DNA of 64,000 nucleotides from Eledone cirrhosa (Eukaryota), in assembly GCA_964016885.1 (NCBI GenBank), contig OZ024745.1, forward strand, positions 3,038,001 to 3,102,000, read 5' to 3'. Below, in pieces: positions 11,478 to 21,926 of this stretch. Each line of letters opens with the position of its first letter. Within the stretch, counting starts at the first letter, position 1. A program made the translations under genes and the position numbers. A model generated the notes under the pieces. The model worked only from the letters and a program-made list of their open reading frames with translations. It made no database searches and was not told where the DNA came from.

Positions 11478-14400
11478 TATGTGTTGATGTGTGTGTGTGT
11501 GTTTAATTGTCTGTGTGTGTGTGAAGGTGTGTGTGTATATTTAATTGTCTGTGTGTGTGTGTGAAGATGTGTGTGTGTGTTTAATTGTCTGTGTGTGTGA
11601 AGGTGTGTGTGTGTGTTTAATTGTCTGTGTGTGTGTGTGAAGGTGTGTGTGTGTGAAGGGTGTGTGTGTGTGTTTAATTGTCTGTGTGTGTGTGAAGGTG
11701 TGTGTGTGTGTTTAATTGTCTGTGTGTGTGTGAAGGTGTGTGTGTGTGTTTAATTGTCTGTGTGTGTGTGTGTGAAGGTGTGTGTGTGTGTTTAATTGTC
11801 TGTGTGTGTGTGTGTTTAATTGTCTGTGTGTGTGTGAAGGTGTGTGTGTGTGTTTAATTGTCTGTGTGTGTGTGTTTAATTGTCTGTGTGTGTGAAGGTG
11901 TGTGTGTGTGTTTAATAGTCTGTGTGTGTGTGTTGATGTGTGTGTGTGTTTAATTAGTCTGTGTGTGTGTGTTTAATTGTCTGTGTGTGTGAAGATGTGT
12001 TTAATTGTCTCTGTGTGTGTGTTGATGTGTGTGTTTAATTAGTCTGTGTGTGTGTGTTTAATTGTCTGTGTGTGTGAAGATGTGTTTAATTGTCTCTGTG
12101 TGTGTGTTGATGTGTGTGTGTGTTTAATTAGTCTGTGTGTGTGTGTTTAATTGTCTGTGTGTGTGAAGATGTGTTTAATTGTCTGTGTGTGAAGGTGTGT
12201 GTGTGTGTTTAATCGAATGTGTGTGTGTTGATGTGTGTGCGTGAAGGTGTGTGTGTGTGTTTAATTGTCTGTGTATGTGTGAAGATGTGTGTGTGTTTAA
12301 TTTTCTGTGTGTGTGAAGGTGTGTGTGTGTGTGGTGTGTGTGTGTGTTTAATTGTCTGTGTGTGTGTTGATGTGTGTGTTGATGTGTGTGTGTGTTTAAT
12401 TGTCTGTGTGTGTGTGTGAAGATGTGTGTGTGTGTTTAATTGTTTGTGTGTGTGTGAAGGTGTGTGTGTGTGTTTAATTGTCTGAGTGTGTGTGAAGGTG
12501 TGTGTGTGTTTAATTGTCTGTGTGTGTGAAGGTGTGTGTGTGTGTGTTTAATTGTCTGTGTGTGAAGGTGTGTGTTTGTGTGTTTAATTGTCTGTGTGTG
12601 TGTGTTGATGTGTGTGTGTATTTAATTGTCTGTGTGTGTGTGAAGGTGTGTGTGTGTGTTTAATTGTCTGTGTGTGTGTTGATGTGTGTGTGTGTTTAAT
12701 TGTCTGTGTGTGTGAAGATGTGTGTGTGTTTAATTGTCTGTGTATGTGTGAAGTTGTGTGTGTGTTTAATTGTCTGTGTGTGTGTGAAGGTGTGTGTGTG
12801 TGTTTAATTGTCTGTGTGTGTGTGGTGTGTGTGTGTGTTTAATTGTCTGTGTGTGTGTTGATGTGTCTGTGTGTTTAATTGTCTGTGTGTGTGTTTAATT
12901 GTCTGTGTGTGAAGGTGTGTGTGTTTAATTGTCTGAGTGTGTGTGAAGGTGTGTGTGTTTAATTGTCTGTGTGTGTGTGAAGGTGTGTGTGTGTGTGTTT
13001 AATTGTCTGAGTGTGTGTGAAGGTGTGTGTGTTTAATTGTCTGTGTTTGTGTGAAGGTGTGTGTGTGTGTGTGTTTAATTGTCTGTGTGTGTGTGAAGGT
13101 GTGTGTGTTTAATTGTCTGTGTGTGAAGGTGGGTGTGGTGTGTGTGTGTGTAATTGTCTGTGTGTGTGAAGATGTGTGTGTGTGTTTAATTGACTGTGTG
13201 TGTGTGAAGGTGTGTGTGTGTGTGTTTAATTGTCTGTGTGTGAAGATGTGTGTGTGTGTGAAGATGTGTATGGTGTGTGTGTGTGTGTGTAATTGTCTGT
13301 GTGTGTGAAGATGTGTGTGGTGTGTGTGTTTAATTGTCTGTGTGTGTGTGAAGATGTGTGTGTGTGTGTGAAGATGTGTGTGGTGTGTGTGTTTAATTGT
13401 CTGTGTGTGTGTGAAGATGTGTGTGTGTGAAGATGTGTGTGGTGTGTGTGTTTAATTGTCTGTGTGTGTGTGAAGATGTGTGTGGTGTGTGTGTAATTGT
13501 CTGTGTGTGTGTGAAGATGTGTGTGGTGTGTGTGTAATTGTCTGTGTGTGTGTGTGAAGATGTGTGTGGTGTGTGTGTTTAATTGTCTGTGTGTGTGTGT
13601 GAAGATGTGTGTGGTGTGTGTGTTTAATTGTCTGTGTGTGTGTGAAGATGTGTGTGGTGTGTGTCTAATTGTCTGTGTGTGTGTGAAGATGTGTGTGGTG
13701 TGTGTGTAATTGTCTGTGTGTGTGTGTGAAGATGTGTGTGGTGTGTGTGTTTAATTGTCTGTGTGTGTGTGTGAAGATGTGCGTGGTGTGTGTGTAATTG
13801 TCTGTGTGTGTGTGAAGATGTGTGTGGTGTGTGTGTAATTGTCTGTGTGTGTGTGTGAAGATGTGTGTGGTGTGTGTGTTTAATTGTCTGTGTGTGTGTG
13901 TGAAGATGTGTGTGGTGTGTGTGTAATTGTCTGTGTGTGTGTGTGAAGATGTGTGTGGTGTGTGTGTTTAATTGTCTGTGTGTGTGTGAAGATGTGTGTG
14001 GTGTGTGTGTAATTGTCTGTGTGTGTGTGAAGATGTGTGTGGTGTGTGTCTAATTGTCTGTGTGTGTGTGAAGATGTGTGTGGTGTGTGTGTAATTGTCT
14101 GTGTGTTGGAAGATGGTGTGGTGTGTGTCTAATTGTCTGTGTGTGTGTGAAGATGTGTGTGGTGTGTGTGTAATTGTCTGTGTGTGTGTGTGAAGATGTG
14201 TGTGGTGTGTGTGTTTAATTGTCTGTGTGTGTGTGTGAAGATGTGTGTGGTGTGTGTGTTTAATTGTCTGTGTGTGTGTGAAGATGTGTGTGGTGTGTGT
14301 GTAATTGTCTGTGTGTGTGTGAAGATGTGTGTGGTGTGTGTGTAATTGTCTGTGTGTGTGTGTGAAGATGTGTGTGGTGTGTGTGTTTAATTGTCTGTGT

Positions 14401-14836
14401 GTGTGTGTGAAGATGTGTGTGGTGTGTGTGTAATTGTCTGTGTGTGTGTGAAGATGTGTGTGGTGTGTGTGTAATTGTCTGTGTGTGTGTGTGAAGATGT
14501 GTGTGGTGTGTGTGTTTAATTGTCTGTGTGTGTGTGTGAAGATGTGTGTGGTGTGTGTGTAATTGTCTGTGTGTGTGAAGATGTGTGTGGTGTGTGTGTT
14601 TAATTGTCTGTGTGTGTGTGAAGATGTGTGTGGTGTGTGTGTAATTGTCTGTGTGTGTGTGAAGATGTGTGTGGTGTGTGTGTAATTGTCTGTGTGTGTG
14701 TGAAGATGTGTGTGGTGTGTGTGTTTAATTGTCTCTGTGTGTGTGAAGATGTGTGTGGTGTGTGTGTAATTGTCTGTGTGTGTGTGAAGATGTGTGTGGT
14801 GTGTGTGTAATTGTCTGTGTGTTGGAAGATGGTGTG
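11478..14836. repeat. Compound minisatellite: TAATTGTCT-(GT)n-GAAG(A/G)T-(GT)n, variable unit of roughly 35-46 bp
   Basis: Dozens of TAATTGTCT anchors separated by variable GT runs. Heterogeneous left half, more regular right half. Confidence 0.95.
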
Positions 14837-14887
14837 CAACTTGTCTTTCTGATAATCTAGATCGTGCAAGAGACATGATACATTTAC

Positions 14888-15266
14888 CTCTCTCTCTCTC
14901 TCTGTCTCTGTCTGTCTCTCTCTCTGTCTGTCTGCCTGTCTCTCTCTCTGTCTCTCTGTCTGTCTCTCTCTCTCTCTCTCTCTGTCTATCTCTCTCTTTC
15001 TCTGTCTCTTTTTCTCTCTCTCTCTCTCTCTCTGTATGTCTCTCTGTCTCTCTGTATGTCTCTCTGCCTGTCTATCTGTCTGTCTCTCTCTCTGTCTGTC
15101 TGCCTGTCTCTCTGTCTGTCTCTCTCTCTCTCTCTCTGTCTATCTCTCTCTTTCTCTGTCTCTTTTTCTCTCTCTCTCTCTCTCTCTGTATGTCTCTCTG
15201 TATGTCTCTCTGTCTCTCTGTCTGTCTGTCTCTCTCTCTCTGTCTATCTCTCTCTTTCTCTCTCTG

Positions 15267-15307
<41 letters not shown>

Positions 15308-15412
15308 ATGTCTCTCTGTATGTCTCTCTGCCTGTCTATCTGTCTGTCGCTCTCTCTGTCTCTCTGTCTGTCTGTCTGTCTCTCTCTCTGACTATCTCTC
15401 TCTCTCTGTCTC

Positions 15413-15456
<44 letters not shown>
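14888..15456. repeat. (CT)n/(CTGT)n microsatellite
   Basis: Read directly. Confidence 0.95.
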
Positions 15457-15460
<4 letters not shown>

Positions 15461-15507
15461 CTTCTATAGAAATATGGAGATGGAATCAAGAAAGACTCTT
15501 AAAATAA

Positions 15508-16292
15508 GGATCTCTTCTCTTCTTCACCCACTTATTCCTGTGTGGTTCATGAGGCGGCAGAGTCCTCAAACACTCCCTCCAGCGGGTCATGTCAGAAGCA
15601 ATCGTCTCCAACTGATCTGGCTGGATCCCCAAGCGTGACCCTCATGGGTGTTATCCAACCATCTTGCTCAGGGTCTACCCATGGGTCTCCTACCTGTTGG
15701 GTTTGTCCGTAAAATCTGTCCAGTGATTCTTTCCTGAGACATTCTAACCACATGTCTGTATTATCGGAGCTGTGATCTCTCAATTCGGCTACTTTTAATC
15801 TCCGAGTTTCCTACTCTATCAAGTAACATTACTCCAAAGATCCTTCGGACGTATCCCATTTCGTCCGCTTGTATTCGCGATCGTGTTCTTTCGGTCATTG
15901 CCCAAGATTCATGACCATAGGTAAAGGTTGGCACGAAAACTGAATTGAAGACAGCGAATTTGGCTTTTACACCTTCTTCTGATTACTGAATATTGAAGCT
16001 GGCGTATTACTGCACCAGCTTTTGCAATTCTTGCACTTAATTCAGCCTCCTGCATTCCATCACTCGTCAACACGGCCCTGGAATACTTGGACTTCTCTAC
16101 GTGCTTCAGTAGAACTCCTTTCACATGTATCTTGTGCAGGCTTCCTTGACAGGACGAGTGTCTAAGTTTTCACAGAACTGATTTCCATTCCAGTCATGCA
16201 ACCCTTGGCATCAAACCTATCAAGTGCAAGTCAGAAATCACCTTCTGTCGGGTTAAATAACACCATGTCGTCTGCAAATTCCAGCCGACTGA
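15508..16292 (-). mobile_element. 5'-truncated, decayed RTE-clade LINE (late RT domains to 3' end)
   Basis: Frameshifted translation gives LEFADDMVL, ARIAKAGAVIRQL, AVFNSVFVPTFTYGHESWAMTERTRSRIQADEMGYVRRIFGV and HVVRMSQERI...PTGRRPMGRP.ARWLD. GAAGA-type tail near 15510. Confidence 0.85.
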
Positions 16293-16419
16293 CTTTACGC
16301 TCGCAAGTCATGATACCACTTTTCCTTTACATCCTTAGACAGCTCTCTAAAATAAGGATGTAAAGGGAAAACAAGATGAGAAGTCATATTGAAAATACGT
16401 ACGTATAAAACATACACAT

Positions 16420-16690
16420 TACACACGCACACACACACACACTTAAACTTATACACACACATATCCTCACGGCTTCTTACATACAACAAAACACGCACAC
16501 ACACTCCCTTAAACTTATATATACACACACATATCCTCATAGATTCGTACAAACAACAAACAACAAACACACACGCGCACACATCCTATATATACACACA
16601 CATATCCTCATAGCTTCGTACAAACAAACAACAAACAACAAACACATATGCACGCGCACACACACAGACACATACACACACACACATCCT
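16420..16690. repeat. Imperfect CA-rich tandem repeat (3-4 units with a CATATCCTCA anchor)
   Basis: CACACATATCCTCA(C/T)(A/G)G(A/C)TTC recurs near 16456, 16526 and 16597. Confidence 0.75.
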
Positions 16691-17016
16691 CTATATTCAA
16701 AACAATTTTTTTCCTTTTCCAGTTAGACGCCTTCGATCACAGCCTTTTAAAACAAGACCGACTGATATTCTTATACACCGACGCCAGATCAACAGTTTTG
16801 CAAGAGATGGCGACTTGATTAGACCTGTTTTTTCTCAAAGAAGTTTTTTTCGTTTTTACCACTGCCTCTCTCTTCAATTCTTCTATTTCTTCTCAATCCG
16901 TTTTCTGATAAAGGACTAGCATCCGAAAAGTTAAGACTATTTTCCAACTATTTCAAGCGTAAAACTGATATATTTCTTCATTGTACTGTGTCGTTTGCTT
17001 TGTTATTTCTGTTTGC

Positions 17017-17060
<44 letters not shown>

Positions 17061-17574
17061 TGAAGAATGACAAAATAAGTTGTAGTAGCTAATTAATCCA
17101 TTGTTTTACGATCGTTTCAAGTGGAAAAGTAATATCGATGTGTAAACTAATAGCAGTTATGCAACTCCATCCCACTAGCCTCGAATAAGCACATCTATCC
17201 TGCCGTATATCTTCAGAAACAACTTCTAAAAAATTCTTACCATAATTGAGTAGACCATTGTAGGTCATCGATGGTGTTTACTCGGGACAAAGACAAAAAT
17301 AAGCTACAGCTTATATACCTTTTTTAGTATGAAACATCTGCTGGTGATGCTTATTTACATATAGCGTGAGCTTGACCGTCTAGAATAAATTAGTAGTAGC
17401 ACTAACATAGCGTGATTCATAATAGAGGTGTATATGAAGGCATATACACATGCCTAATGAACGTACATGTGTCTCGCCATGAATGTTTTAAGCTGTAGTA
17501 TGACCACAGTTTTCTCTGTAGCCATGGAAGAACGACAGACGAGTGTTTCTGGATTTCTATCCATTGTCAGCAAC

Positions 17575-17711
17575 GGTTACTCACCCGGAATCACATGGTT
17601 CTCGATTCAGTCCCGTTGCGTAAACTTTTAGCAAATGTCTTCTCTTATATTCTTGGGTTTGTCAATGCCCTGTGAGTAGAGTACAGAAGACGGAAACTCC
17701 AGAAGCCTGTC

Positions 17712-17713
<2 letters not shown>
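17575..17713 (+). mobile_element. Decayed tRNA-derived SINE-like remnant
   Basis: B-box-like GATTCAGTCCC, then GCAAATGTCTTCT...GCCCTGTGAGT...AGACGGAAACT..AGAAGCCTGTC and a TA tail. A similar 3' part recurs at 25583-25630. Resembles octopus SINEs from memory. Confidence 0.6.
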
Positions 17714-17758
<45 letters not shown>

Positions 17759-17826
17759 TTAGGTAATTCCAAAGAAAGAGCAAAGGAAAAAAGAGTGCTC
17801 TATGTATAGAACAGAGGTAGTTAATC

Positions 17827-18017
17827 AGAAAGTGAACAACACAAAATATAACTACTCCATTACCAAAGGTTTCTGGATCCCAGACGATAATAATATATGA
17901 CAGACAGAGATGTTATATAACATCTGTCTGACGACCGATCCAGACGTATATTATTATCGTCTGTGATCCAGAAACCTTTGGTAATGGAGTAGTTCTATTT
18001 TGTGTTGTTCACTTTCT
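17827..18017. repeat. Fold-back inverted repeat (~70-bp arms) in a (TA)n-flanked cassette
   Basis: 17827-17898 (AGAAAGTGAACAACACAAAAT...CAGACGATAATAATAT) is the reverse complement of ~17947-18017. Confidence 0.9.
17923..17988 (+). ncRNA. Type I hammerhead ribozyme (probably decayed)
   Basis: ucugu-CUGACGA-cc-gauccagacg..cgucug(u)gauc-ca-GAAA-cc(uuu)gG-UA-augga. Complete core and long helix II with a mismatched base; helix I is 5 bp with two G.U pairs. Confidence 0.6.
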
Positions 18018-18019
18018 AA

Positions 18020-18052
<33 letters not shown>

Positions 18053-18214
18053 CATATATTTAGTGGGGGACCATGTTTATGTTTACATCTGTGTCTGTGG
18101 TTATGTCCTGTAATTTAGCTGAAGAAACTGTGCCCAAAATGCTTAATAGGATGTTTCACTTGTGTCAGGGGCACAGCAACCTCTCTAATGTTGGTGATCT
18201 ACAAGATAAATACA

Positions 18215-18285
18215 CCATGTACACTCTGTAACGTGGTTGGTGATAGAACGAGCAACCATCCATAGAACACTTGCCACACAAAAGG
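18215..18285 (+). mobile_element. SINE-like remnant
   Basis: CACTCTGTAACGTGGTTGGTGATAGAACGAGCAACCATCCATAGAA resembles a recalled octopus SINE body; recognition from memory only. Confidence 0.35.
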
Positions 18286-18758
18286 TCGGGTGGACTATTC
18301 AACAGTGTTGAATACATGACAACTTCTCTGGTACTGATGTCACTGTAAAATGTGTTCGGTACGCTCTGTAGAGTACGGTAACATATGTAAGTGATATGCG
18401 GATTTCCCAGGAATGAACTTCCACTCCTTGTTAGCCTAGCAAAACGATCATAAGACCTTTAAATGTTTTAATAATAATCCTTGTCTTAATATTCTATGTA
18501 TATATAACATATGGATGAGGTGTAAAATGTTGATGGTTCTCAAGGTTTGATTTGTATCGATCGGACTCGATTCTAAAATCAAAAGCTCATCAGGCTTCAG
18601 TTAGTTTAATGACGCAATGATCATGCAATCCCTAAACTGTATACAAAGAACCCCCCCTTCGGTCACGAATGACCATGGTATTTGTACCTGGAAAGTTTCC
18701 TTCCCTCCGAGGCACAAGTCCGGATAAGATTGTTTGTGGAAGACCAGCAGTCGCTTAT

Positions 18759-18933
18759 GCATACCAGCCTCCCATCTCCACGCCACCAATGTTGCATACC
18801 AGCCTCCCATCTCCACGCCACCAATGTTGCATACCAGCCTCCCATCTCCACGCCACCAATGTTGCATACCAGCCTCCCATCTCCATGCCACCAATGTTGC
18901 ATACCAGCCTCCCATCTCCACGCCACCAATGTT
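18759..18933. repeat. 35-bp minisatellite, 5 units
   Basis: GCATACCAGCCTCCCATCTCCACGCCACCAATGTT at 18759, 18794, 18829, 18864 and 18899. Confidence 0.96.
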
Positions 18934-19016
18934 GTCCAAGGGAATATATATATATATAAGTAGAAGTGGTATTTAATTTGTTGGAAGTCCGACAAACATA
19001 ATTGTTTATAACTATC

Positions 19017-19189
19017 CAGTGAATTTCCAACCGATAAGGTATGATTTTCATGGGTATGTCTCTATTTATAAAACAAACTTTGTATTTTATCTGATGAAAG
19101 CGTACCAATGTTATCTTGGTACCCTTATATATATATAATAAAATAAATATGGTTTTATAAATATAGTTTCCATTTATTTAATATCATTG

Positions 19190-19192
<3 letters not shown>
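19017..19192 (+). repeat. Left arm of a ~175-bp long-range inverted repeat (partner 21644-21817) containing a defective HHR
   Basis: CAGTGAATTTCCAACCGATAAGG...ATATCATTGT is the reverse complement of 21644-21817. It contains uauuuuau-CUGAUGA-helix II-[GAA missing]-A-uauaua-UA. Confidence 0.88.
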
Positions 19193-19253
<61 letters not shown>

Positions 19254-19524
19254 TCTTTTAAGACTATACAGAGCATTTGATGTTATTCCAAATTGAAGGA
19301 TAAGTGTTTCAAACTGTATTTTATCATGAGTTAAAGGTATATAGATTTTTCCGTGGATTTTACTAAATTCTGTGGATGAATTTATATCCTGATTCTCTTT
19401 TGAGATGAGTTTGAGTTATTTTTCCTAAATCTTTCGTTAACTACTTTTCCCATCTTGACGTTATAGTCGCATATATGTTATAGAATGCCGTTAGCTTCTT
19501 GCTAAAACAATCTCTATACCTCTC

Positions 19525-19633
<109 letters not shown>

Positions 19634-19657
19634 TAGATATATATATATATATATATA

Positions 19658-19714
<57 letters not shown>

Positions 19715-19731
19715 CCATTACCATTATAAGG

Positions 19732-19816
19732 GGTCTGGCGAGCCGCGGATTGCAGAGTCGGGCTAGATCGATACAGATCGAACCTTGAGCTGATCAGTGG
19801 CGAAACGCGCGTCACC
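19732..19816 (+). ncRNA. Type I hammerhead-like motif with palindromic helix III and one core substitution
   Basis: ggu-CUGGCGA-gccgc..(50 nt)..guggc-GAAA-cgcgcG-UC-acc. A6 is replaced by G. Lies in a (TA)n-flanked cassette (19712-19967). Confidence 0.6.
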
Positions 19817-19964
19817 AATAAATGTAATGAAGGAGTAACCAATCGTCCTTGTTATCCTTTCACTATACTACACTCTGTCTAGCTCTACACCTCCACACTT
19901 AGTGAACCTAAACATCGAGTGCTCTCCCGGGTGAACCTACAGTAACTCCAAGTTACACTCCCTG

Positions 19965-20005
<41 letters not shown>

Positions 20006-20015
20006 TATACTTTTC

Positions 20016-20099
<84 letters not shown>

Positions 20100-20274
20100 G
20101 GTAAACAGAAATAACAACACAATCGGTACAGTATATGGAAGGGATATATTAGGTTAACGCTTGATATAGCAGGAAGAGGGTCTTAACGTTTCGGCCGCTA
20201 TATATATATAAAAAAAACAAGATGGCGTAGGACAGAACAAAGGAGAGGCACAAAAACAAAGAAAAGAATCCCCA

Positions 20275-20317
20275 GTCACTGAAGAGGTCACAGAATGTGT
20301 GACGAAAGAACTTTGAC
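20275..20317 (+). ncRNA. Short hammerhead-like motif
   Basis: guca-CUGAAGA-g-gucaca(gaaug)ugugac-GAAA-gaacUU-ugac. Helix I 4 bp, helix II 6 bp with one extra base, vestigial helix III. Confidence 0.5.
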
Positions 20318-20582
20318 AATATATGAACAACCGTCCGGTTGTGGAACCAACCAACCAACCGAAAATTTATAAATTCTTAAATTTATAAATTTCATTTATA
20401 ATAAATTGGAGTGAAAGCAACTGGTGCATGTGTTTCTTATTGGCAACATGACCCTCCCAAAGTATAACAATATCGGTTTCAACACACGATTTCAGATAAA
20501 GAATCTTGCTAAACAAATTCAGAAACAAAATATATATATATATATATATATAAGATCAAAAGATGGTTAAATCAGTTCCATG

Positions 20583-20653
20583 TATTTTATTATGCGCATT
20601 TCAAAAACAAATATCATCATGCAATAACATTTGTGTTTTCATCAGATAAAATA
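20583..20653 (-). ncRNA. Type I hammerhead ribozyme (mirror copy of 20803-20873)
   Basis: Exact reverse complement of the motif at 20803-20873. Confidence 0.75.
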
Positions 20654-20802
20654 GGAAGACATGATATGAAGGTTAAAAACACTTGTGGATAGTGCAGTTT
20701 TAAATCAACATATCAAATTAACATATCAAATCAACATATCAAATATGTTGATTTAAAACTGCACTATCCACAAGTGTTTTTAACCTTCATATCATGTCTT
20801 CC

Positions 20803-20873
20803 TATTTTATCTGATGAAAACACAAATGTTATTGCATGATGATATTTGTTTTTGAAATGCGCATAATAAAATA
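20803..20873 (+). ncRNA. Type I hammerhead ribozyme with palindromic helix III
   Basis: uauuuuau-CUGAUGA-aaacacaaauguuauu..gaugauauuuguuuuu-GAAA-ugcgcA-UA-auaaaaua. Helix I 8 bp, helix II ~15 bp, self-complementary UGCGCA, AUA triplet. Confidence 0.78.
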
Positions 20874-21016
20874 CATGGAACTCATTTAACCATCTTTTGA
20901 TTCTTATATATTATGTATACTCCAGTCCTACAAACTGTAGAGTGCTTCTTATCCGATATCTGCATTGCTTTATTGTACTACAATAAAACTCACCTCCTAC
21001 ATATATATATATATAT

Positions 21017-21579
21017 GCAGATGTTATATTTAATTTGTTGGGATTCAACAAGCTTAAAAAATGTTTAGAACTGATATAAAGCACTCAACAGATTAGTGGA
21101 GTAAATATACAATATATTAACAAATGGAAACTAGTGACTATGTCACTTATTTCTTTTTTCAACAAACAAAGCGTAAGGTCTTCAAACAATAGCGTAAGGT
21201 CTTCAAAATGTTTTTAATTAAGCATACAGTGTATTGCAAAATACACTGTATATATACATTCATATATACATCGCTATTTCAGAGGACCAATTCTAATTTT
21301 CAATTTTTGCTGGACCGACAATCGCTCTGTATAATCAGTTCCTGATTATTACTGGAATTCTATAAGAATCCAACATTCATAATTTTCAACAGACAAGGGG
21401 AGTACTAAGCTCTGAGGAATACCAACAGTATGAAACAGAGATCTGTCAGCTTATCTCCCTTTGTTTGTTGAAAAAAGAAGTAAGTGACATAGTCACTATT
21501 TTAAAACAATAGCGTAAGGTCTTCAAAATGCTTTTAATTAAGCATACAGTGTATTGCAAAATACACTGTATATACATTC

Positions 21580-21580
<1 letters not shown>
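21017..21580 (+). mobile_element. Non-coding Penelope-like/retrozyme-like cassette with direct and inverted repeats, in (TA)n
   Basis: Direct repeat 21184-21261 vs 21504-21579 (offset 320). Inverted repeat 21133-21171 vs ~21459-21497. Internal HHR. Confidence 0.7.
21383..21474 (+). ncRNA. Canonical type I hammerhead ribozyme with extended helix I
   Basis: uaagcu-CUGAGGA-auac(caaca)guau-GAAA-cag(agau)cuG-UC-agcuua (21406-21453). After an internal loop, helix I continues for 20 bp (uuuucaacagacaaggggag / cucccuuuguuuguugaaaa, two G.U). Confidence 0.92.
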
Positions 21581-21643
<63 letters not shown>

Positions 21644-21648
<5 letters not shown>

Positions 21649-21817
21649 ATGATATTAAATAAATGGAAACTATATTTATAAAACCATATTTATTTTATTA
21701 TATATATAAGGGTACCAAGACACATTGATACGCTTTCATCAGATAAAATACAAAGTTTGTTTTATAAATAGAGACATACCCATGAAAATCATACCTTATC
21801 GGTTGGAAATTCACTGA
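21644..21817 (-). repeat. Right arm of the long-range inverted repeat (partner 19017-19192); defective HHR at 21691-21750
   Basis: Reverse-complement match with few differences; lacks the same GAA. Confidence 0.88.
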
Positions 21818-21863
21818 AATTTAAGTATATATATATATATATATATATATACTTAAATTTGTC

Positions 21864-21926
21864 CTTGTGCCTGGCGAGCGAGAGAGGCCATAACTGGACC
21901 CTGAAACCTAAGGTTGCGTATACAAG
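21864..21926 (+). ncRNA. Decayed hammerhead-like motif
   Basis: gugc-CUGGCGA-gcgag-agaggcca(uaac)uggacccu-GAAA-cc(uaa)gG-UU-gcgu. Core substitution plus a small duplication. Confidence 0.4.

Larger units (their letters stand above)
20548..20910. repeat. Near-perfect fold-back inverted repeat (~165-bp arms) carrying an HHR in each arm
   Basis: ~20548-20713 is the reverse complement of ~20742-20910. The spacer is a triplicated AAAT(C/T)AACATATC 13-mer. Confidence 0.93.

Noticed and set aside
17575-17625. tRNA gene
   Set aside because: Only a B-box-like remnant followed by a SINE-like body; no cloverleaf.
18555-18605. Minus-strand CTGATGA followed by a hairpin
   Set aside because: No GAAA or NUH, and no helix I complement.
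20165-20198. Minus-strand GGCC-GAAA-CGTT as a hammerhead
   Set aside because: Only a possible 3' half; the CUGANGA side is replaced by TA repeats.
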